A DNA stretch of 63,828 nucleotides, counting the filler, from Choristocarpus tenellus KU-1152 (lineage: Eukaryota; Protista; Phaeophyceae): NCBI GenBank assembly GCA_964200185.2. It is 13 parts of 13 records of this genome, joined end to end, with 100 filler letters (N's around TTAATTAATTAA, not from the genome) between each part and the next. Parts side by side here need not be neighbours in the genome. Positions count along the whole stretch, not along the records: positions 53,126 to 57,931 come from CAXNAD020012988.1; positions 58,032 to 61,080 come from CAXNAD020022691.1; positions 61,181 to 63,828 come from CAXNAD020025976.1; 10 more parts are not named here. The stretch is one strand, 5' to 3'. Both the position numbers and the translations under genes were made by a program. Shown here in pieces: positions 56,034 through 63,828 of the stretch; position 1 is the first letter of the stretch; every line of letters begins with the position of its first letter. The notes beneath the pieces are model-generated. The model did not search any database. It saw only the letters and a list, made by a program, of their open reading frames with translations, and was not told where the DNA came from.

Positions 56034-56291
56034 GAGTGAAAGTACTTAGAGGGTACGAGCTTTGCCCTGAATGTCCGTTTGGGACTTGGGTTCCCATGGG
56101 TTTTTTTAGTGCATATTCCTACTCCAAAATGTTTCGGAGTAGGTAAAATGTATACGTTATGAAAAGGTGTGCCTGGAACAAGGATATTTACACTTCCTAA
56201 CAAACACGATAGCCAAAATTAAAAAAAAATCACAACCTTTGATTCTGGCCCCCAAATGGATGCAGCTCTACCCTCTAATATACTTTGGCTC
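56034..56291. mobile_element. MITE family A
   Basis: Family A TIRs; flanks CGA/CAA (3-bp TSD with one transition). Confidence 0.92.
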
Positions 56292-58231
56292 CAACACGAA
56301 CAACCGCTGAATTGTAATCTAACGATACGGCTCCTTCTTTCGCTGACCTCATCACTCCGTCACCAGGAACTGATGAGTTCACGAAAGTTCTGTGCAGTAT
56401 GTGGCAGGACGACAAGAGGAGGGACACTAACGATGTAAGTGTGGTACATTTCCAAGCACGTCAGTTAGAACAATCCAGTATGCAATATTAAGAATGCGCC
56501 GTTGATGAAATGCGGCTGCATAGCCAATTGAGCCCCCATCGCACACACCGAATGAAAAAAACTTATTCCCTCATGAATAGATTACAACGCCAAATTCTTT
56601 TGACTGAATATTCCCTTGCCCCTATTGCGGTGAGCCAAGTCAGGTTTGCTTTCCGGAGATGGAAGACAAACCACGATGGGTCGTATCCTTTTTTGTATGT
56701 GGAGTTGATGCCTCGATACAAATACCTAGGCAGACACGGTATGACCCAATGGTATGACGAACTCTACTCTTATCCTCAGATTATGTAATATCTCCATCGT
56801 CGCCCTCTCCTCGTCAATGTTGTATAAATCGACACATAGGGTAAGTTCGATTTCAGGGCTGTACATACGTTCACCGTGCTCTGGAATGCGAACCGTGAGG
56901 CCGTCGTGGACTCCCTCAAGAACAGTGGCGGATTCAGCTACTGCTAGGGGCAACAGGTAGGTGGGACGAGTGTGTTGGTGTATCATCTGGCACAAAAGGG
57001 GTTGTCATCTTGTGTGTCGACTCTCAGTAAGAATGACCATATCCGATCATTTTGAGATCCATCTTTACTAAGTTTTACCAGGTTCTAATGCTTTCCTAGA
57101 AATAGACTGGTCCTTTTTGAGGGGGATATACAATTTGCCGGATAAGATTCAATTTCTTGTAACAAACTGCCAACAGTTATTTATAAAGATGAAGTAGGGC
57201 AACAAATGTTTTATTGATACATATTTTCGGCATACGAAATTGTTCCTATCGGGGCATGCATTGCACTTTTCCGCTTGCATATATTTTTGTATCTTCAGTA
57301 GACTTCATATAAAGCAAGGTTTGTATCCGAAGTAGGACCAATCCCGATCATTGGAAAGTGAAGACAAATGAACTACACGACAAGGTATTATCGATTCTGA
57401 TATGAGGAAATCAAAAAGGCATGGACAGGAACTAAGAATCTCTATTGTTGAGTTATCTGGTTGCGAGTAGTAGACATTCGCTCGTTCCATAGATGTTATA
57501 TATTCCATAGTTAGCGCACAGTCCAATGTTTACGACGAGGGATCCATATTGTTCTCACACTGGGTGGCGACTATCGCTGCCCTCACTAGTTTTCTTTTCC
57601 AGTCCTTACACCACATCATTTCCCACTGTCCGAAAACACTGTATCCTAGTCCCTCCTTGTGTGTAGGTCCAGAAGCAGACCAGGATGCAGTACTTTGCAC
57701 GAATGTGCACAGATGTCTTGGCTGTAAAAGGCCCTTCCATCCTTGGAAAGGTCACTCCTCAAGGCCGTAAATGGAACGACATCATGGAGTCAGCCGCTCG
57801 TATATTTGTGGAGAAGGTGGCAGAAAAATTGCCAACTAACCTGCTCTCCCTCTCCTACGTGGTTGGGAACGAAACCTTTCCGGAAGAATGGGTAAGCCAC
57901 GGATCCGTGAGGATTCGTCTCTAACCCTATGNNNNNNNNNNNNNNNNNNNNNNNNNNNNNNNNNNNNNNNNNNNNTTAATTAATTAANNNNNNNNNNNNN
58001 NNNNNNNNNNNNNNNNNNNNNNNNNNNNNNNACAGACACCAAGCAATCTCGCTGGGTTTATCACCTTTATCCTCTTTGATGATTTTGGGGATAATTTAAC
58101 ATCCTGGACCCATCTAATCCTTTACTTCTCTCAAATTGGTGGAAAGTGTCTGCATCTGTGGCTCAGATATTACATTCTCAGCAAGGAACAGAATTTGTGA
58201 CCATACGTGAGGGAATTCGCACATGGTCACA

Positions 58232-58520
58232 TAATGGCTTGTACTCGAGATAATGGCTTCAGGGTATTTCTCTACGACGTTGAGGCTATGCAAGAGAGTG
58301 GAGGTCGCCTTACCGTGAGCATACGGTCACATCAATATCGTGTGCTACTGACTATATCCTTGGAGTCTCTACAATCTCGATGTTATGGAAGAGAGTGGGG
58401 GCCGCCTTACTGTGTACATCACATCGCATTAATGGCCTGCACTCGAGATGTCTCTCTCTACGACCTTGAGACAATACAAAAGAGTGCTGACCTCCTTACT
58501 ATTTTCACCAGGTCACATGG
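58232..58520. repeat. Old ~95-bp tandem repeat, 3 diverged copies
   Basis: TCTCTAC...AAGAGAGTGG...CGCCTTAC...CACAT recurs at ~58269, ~58366 and ~58455. Confidence 0.7.
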
Positions 58521-61471
58521 ATTGCCTGTCCTCCAGAAAATTACCTCATGGTCTCCCTCGAATAAGTGGAAGACCTCATGCATGAGGGGATATACAGCAT
58601 TACTGTTTTGTGTTCCGTGGATTGCGTGCTTTTGTGGAGTAGATTTTAATATATATAGTATTCACACTTGTCGTTTGATGGTGTTTCTTGCCGATTATTC
58701 CCATTATCCTGCATTGCAATCACCGCTTTCAGGTACCGAAGTAACAAGCAGTTTGGTAATTCATAAATCAGGCGCAGACCTGAGCTGTGAGCACACTGGA
58801 GATTGTTAAGGGTTGGAGATTGTTGCGTAAGGATGAGTGAACCATGACACCCTACTACATTTCGTCACAAGGAGGGAAGAGTCTTTGTATTTGTATAACA
58901 ATACCCTACTTCGATCTAATTGTGAGACACAATCCTTGTGTCTATACTTGTTTGTAATCATAGTTTCGAAAGGGGGAGTCTCTCCATTGCAGTACCCTAT
59001 TTCTATGTTACTGCGATCCTGTGTATATGTATTTTATCAGTTCTTATGGGGATAGTCATGAAGGTACTCTATTTCTATGTGATTGTGAGAGATACTGATG
59101 CTAACTCTCTTTGATTTCTGTCAAGTAAAATCTCACAGCTTACATAGTAATCATGATCACCAAAATCCTTTATAGAAAACTGCCCCTCAATCCTGGAGCA
59201 AACCACAATCAAAACACCATGTCCTCCTGCAACGATGAAATTCATCAACGTGGGACTATTTCGTCATGTTCTACACAGCTTGAGACTGAGGGATCTACTA
59301 TGTACTGCTCAAACCCACACTACTCCAAAACATGCACCAACAAATTACTAAAATCCCTGCTGACCTGGTTGGTTCAATACAGTGTTTTGAATACACATAC
59401 ATTCATCAAATATATGAAAAAATAACACCTTGTCACTTTCTGTGCGTATAAAAGTCTGCTTCACACTCCAATACATCAATCCCCAATCCTTACCTGCTCC
59501 TAGCGCCAAAACCACTCATAATGACACAGGCGATGGTCTCACAGCAAAGTTACGTTATACCCTCAATCAGACGAAAACCCTTCCCTGCTAGACATGTCAT
59601 GTATCTCACTACCTCGCCAAATTTATTGGACTAATGCTTGTGAATCCATTTGGTTTCAATTACCCTGTGTCAAGGGGGTAAGAATCCCGTCGCGTATCTT
59701 CACCAACAAACCAGACAGCTCTTCTGCTCCAGCTCCATCTCACCATTCACATTCGGGAGAACCACATGCCTGCTCTAATACCCTTGGGGCTTGAAGGGAG
59801 TTCATTTGCTAATACTCTAATAGACTCATCCCTCGTATACATCAAAAAGGAAGTGTAAATGGAAACGAACGCATCAGACAAATGCCAAATTCTTGTAGGA
59901 TCAAATGGGAGACAAATCAAAGGAGTTTGTACAGACACACCAGGTTTGGTGCAAAGCTGCAGAATGTTGTCCTCCATTGTGCAGTCGCCAGATTTCCCTT
60001 CTGCTTCTGCCCTTGGCATATTCCTTGCTGACGCCCTCTCCACTTCCCTACCTCTCGCCAATTCAGGAGAAACCTTTCTCATCACCACCTAAACACCTTC
60101 ATCCAAACATAAGAGAACAACCTCATGTTCCTCCTAGCTCCTGGAGTGAGAGAGATATTGGATGTGAGGGAAATAAATAATGCTCGTTGCGTTTTCCCCC
60201 TGCTCAACAAGGAAAAAACATTTACTGTATCATTAACTTTCAATGAATAACCCGTTAAGAAATGAATTGCCATCCCACATCCTTTCGGTTTTATGTAACT
60301 AGAATTCAGATCGTAATTTCAATGTTCATAGGTGTGGAATCGATACACTCAGCAACAGTTTTCGCCAACGAGCCTACTCTTGTGAAGCTTTTCCATCACA
60401 CTTAAGCGTCATAAAATACTCTACCGAGAGGAGGAACAACTAGTACAGGACTGGCTAGGCTCGTAGTCTGCACCTATGGCCTCAGAGGGATACCAGGGCA
60501 AATATCGTCAATTGCTGGATAACATGTTGTGCGGACTGGTTCGTGTGCTTTTCTTGTCGGAACAGTGACACAGCTTTGGAGGATAGGGAGGATCCTCTTC
60601 ATGTGGGTGATGCTACCTTCATCAAGGGGGAAGTGCTAAGTGAAAAAGACGTCGTCAAGGTCAAAGAAGACTGTTGACATCTTGCTTTGGAGTACGAGGG
60701 GATCCTAAAGCATTATAGTTCTCAATGCAGCATTGTGTTCAGAAGCATGGAAGCAACCAAGGGAAACTTTATTTGGTTCAGCATGATGAAAATGTAACAG
60801 GGCTCCAATAGTTAGTGCTGATTGTCAAAATGTCAAGGGTTTAACCCCCCAGGTGATCATCACCACCAAGGTGGACGCGGGTAAAGATGCAGAAGGTGGT
60901 CCAGTCCAGATATGTATTTCTTCAGGGTGAAACAGGCAACCGTGAGGATCTCAATAATATTTTAATCGCAAAGAATATTATAGCCATTTGGGATGATTGC
61001 CGTAGCACAGCAGGGTCTGGTGTCGGGTATGACACAGTTGAGTCTCGTGTTGGCAAAACCTGACCTCGTGTCAAATAGATNNNNNNNNNNNNNNNNNNNN
61101 NNNNNNNNNNNNNNNNNNNNNNNNTTAATTAATTAANNNNNNNNNNNNNNNNNNNNNNNNNNNNNNNNNNNNNNNNNNNNCTTTACAACACCATGATTCC
61201 TCTTCCTTCGTAGTCTATGTATCATATACAATGCATTCGATTCAGGTTTCAACACCCTACCCGAACATCCTCTTGGTCGCCCTTTGTGAAACCTTCCCCA
61301 ATAAAGCAAAACATCATTGTGGCACTGTAGGACGCATAACCACGTCCTCCTGTCGTCCCCCTTCAGTCAGTACTAATACCTGATATCACAGACCTTCACC
61401 ACAACGACCTGGACGACACGTTCTCCATCCTACCTGGTCAATACCAGAGGTTTGCTTCGGAATCCAGGTGA

Positions 61472-62100
61472 CAGTCCCTCAGTGGAATACTTGCACACTT
61501 CTCAACGCAACTCAGACTTGGAGACAAATCCATTGCCAATTTCGCCCGAGGCACCACGTTTATCCTATCCACGAGTGGGGGTGCTATCGTACGAAGGGAG
61601 GTCCGCGACGTCCACATAGATGATTCAGGAGGATTTGTCTACTCTGTGCATTACCTAAACGGCGAGAGTGAAAGTATCTTAGAGGGTACGAATTTTTTCC
61701 TGTTTTGTCCATTTGGAGCTTGGCTTCCATTGGGTTTTTATTGACATTTTACCTACTCCAAAGTGTTTCAGAGTAGGTCAAATGTGTACGTTATGAAAAG
61801 GAGTGTCCAGACAAGGATGTTTACATCTCCTAAGAAACATGATAGTCGAAATTACATCAAGATTTGCAACATTGGATTTTGGTCCCCAAATGGACGCGGC
61901 TGTACCATCTAAGATACTTTGGCTCCGATGGCAGGGACTCTTTGCCCCCTGGGCTGAGGTCGTACATGACAGAGGACGAGATCGACTGGGGTGTCGAAGA
62001 ACTTTGGACAGAAGAGAGGAGTGAACATGATGAGGCTGCAGCCCAACGTTTCAACCAACGCCGCCAGCGCCTGGTTCAACAGGAGAGGCGTAGGGACTGA
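61472..62100 (+). pseudogene. Coding segment split by a family A MITE (122 codons including the stop when restored)
   Basis: Removing the MITE and one CGA joins ..VRDVHIDDSGGFVYSVHYLNG to DGRDSLPPGLRSYMTEDEIDWGVEELW..RRRD-stop in frame. Confidence 0.55.
61666..61925. mobile_element. MITE family A
   Basis: Family A TIRs; 3-bp TSD CGA. Confidence 0.94.
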
Positions 62101-62216
62101 AGCAATTGGTACTACCATACCACTATCGATAACTACTTGCTGCTACGCACTAATGCGAATAGGAACAGTAAATATTTGGAAATATAGTTGCATATCCAGA
62201 AGAGAACAGAAAAAGG

Positions 62217-62335
62217 GAGTGAATGTATCTTAAAGGGTGCGAGTCTTTCCCTATTTTGTCCGTTTGGGGCTTGGCTTCCCATACAGGTTTTTTTATGACA
62301 TTTTTCCTACTCCAAAATGTTTCAGAGTAGGTAAA
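62217..62335. mobile_element. MITE family A, first half, interrupted by a C-type element
   Basis: GAGTGAATGTATCTTAAAGGGT... up to the internal hairpin, where a new TIR begins. Confidence 0.88.
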
Positions 62336-63175
62336 GGGTGAAAGTATCTTGGAAAGACCTCATCGTCGCTAGCACTGAACGTCCCCCCATAACTGGAAAG
62401 GTCTCTGGTGTTCCTTTGAACCGTGTCCTTACTGTGCACAGTGAGCGCCAAGAACTCTAGCCCATTGCACTCTGATCGCTGCGTTCGCACAACGTGTAAG
62501 TTCCCCGCCTCGACCTGTCTCTTTTCCTCAATAGCAGACTCCTCCTCAGATACATATCGCCCATTCCTGCCTCTGTGGAAAATCCGAGATCTATCTCCTT
62601 CAGTGAGGGCAAGTGGGTTAGTTGCCACGTACAGTTGGCGACGTTAACGCTGGAACAGTTCGTGCAGTAGCACGACCTCTCTCGGTGAATATCAATGTAT
62701 AGGAGTCTCCGTTGGTGCGTTGACCGGTGAAGAACCTGTACATGGATTTTATTCCACTGAAGTTCGGGACACGTGGGTCGTGTCGTTCCGAGCACAATTG
62801 TTGTAAGAAGTATTTGGAATATTGCATATATATGTTTTGCTTCCTCGTGCACACACCAGGAGAACATGCCCAAAACCTGAGAGTCCTCTTTCTGTACACA
62901 CCGGACACGACTCATGCAAGCAAATAAACGAAGAAAACAACCTCCCAACACAACCCATATTCTTTTTTTCAAATCCTCATCCGGCAGTGGGAAAACATCC
63001 CCCCTAACCGACAGCCTTCTTTATATGTCAAACAAATCCCACTCATGCAACCAAACAAACCAATATATCCAGCCCTGGAACAACCTAACCCATATCTCTT
63101 ATTCTTTATCGTAACTGCACGACCACATGCATAAACCAATAGTCCAGTTTGAACAGACTCGAAATCCGACACATG
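62336..63175 (-). mobile_element. Long-form (C-type) TIR element with a putative transposase C-terminal remnant
   Basis: Begins GGGTGAAAGTATCTTGG; minus-strand VPNFSGIKSMYRFF, frameshift, then RERSCYCTNCSSVNVANC; distal part homologous to ~10970-11300. Confidence 0.65.
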
Positions 63176-63665
63176 GGGTTTATCAGGTTTTCTCTTCAAT
63201 TAGGTGATATTACAATCCCAGTTGAAGCTTTGGTGTTGCCCACCTTAGGACCTGATGATGTTCTTCTTGATAACAGTGTTCTTAATGCTTTTGGAGTAAC
63301 ATATGACTGGAAAACTCAAAGATTGTCATTCCAAAAAAGTGCGACGGTCATACCTGCCATTCATCGTACTACCACTTCTTTTGATATGTCATCCCCTGTT
63401 CAAATAGCATCTATACAAGCGATAGTTCCATCTGTACCATTTCGCCTGAGGGAAAATATTTCCATTCCCCCAGAATCAGAAACGCTTATATTTGCTGTAA
63501 GTGATGAAACCTCCTCTGATACTTGTGGATGTTGTTTTAGAACCGCGTATCTGTTCATTTCATGATATTGATTCATTAAATACTAACGATCCTTGGCAAT
63601 TTGTTGCTGTTGCTCGAACAGCTACAAAGTGGGATTCTGATGACGGGTCAGGGGTAGTACAGATT
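63173..63665 (+). mobile_element. Ty3/gypsy protease-region fragment
   Basis: MGFIRFSLQLGDITIPVEALVLPTLGPDDVLLDNSVLNAFG; same family as 41200-41300. Confidence 0.68.
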
Positions 63666-63828
63666 GAGTGAAAGTATCTTAGAGGGTACAGGTTTTGCCC
63701 TGTTTGTCCATTTAGGGCTTGGCTTTCCATGGGTTTTATTATGACATTTTCCTATCCAAAATGTTTCGGAGTAGGTAAAATGTATACGTTATGAAAAGGT
63801 GTGTCCAAAACATAGATATTGACACCTC
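63666..63828. mobile_element. MITE family A, cut by window end
   Basis: GAGTGAAAGTATCTTAGAGGGTAC plus family A interior. Confidence 0.92.

Overview
Eukaryotic, intron-rich, repeat-dense DNA, probably a brown alga or close ochrophyte relative (inferred from the plant-type SAHH insert, a brown-algal-style LRR cap exon and TTAGGG repeats). The window is not one locus. It is 13 short contigs joined by artificial 100-bp N/TTAATTAATTAA/N linkers, and several genes stop at these joins. Genes read by manual splicing: a complete 3-exon S-adenosylhomocysteine hydrolase, the last exon of a PP2A catalytic subunit, 4 exons of an RNI-like LRR protein, 2 exons of SEC15/EXOC6, 2 exons of ATAD3 joined by a GC-AG intron, a 4-exon pseudokinase (HRD to HTR, DFG to GFD) and a MITE-disrupted LRR pseudogene. 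The dominant structure is one clan of TIR elements sharing the terminal core CAAAGTATCT/GAAAGTATCT: a ~258-bp MITE family, a ~180-bp poly-G MITE family and a longer form carrying a possible Sola2-like transposase remnant. Their target-site duplications vary between 3, 4 and possibly 5 bp. Also present are Stowaway-type mariner relics, Ty3/gypsy and Ty1/copia relics (one with a half-tRNA-Met PBS), minisatellites and a telomere-repeat insertion flanked by a 15-bp duplication. No rRNA, tRNA or CRISPR array is supported.
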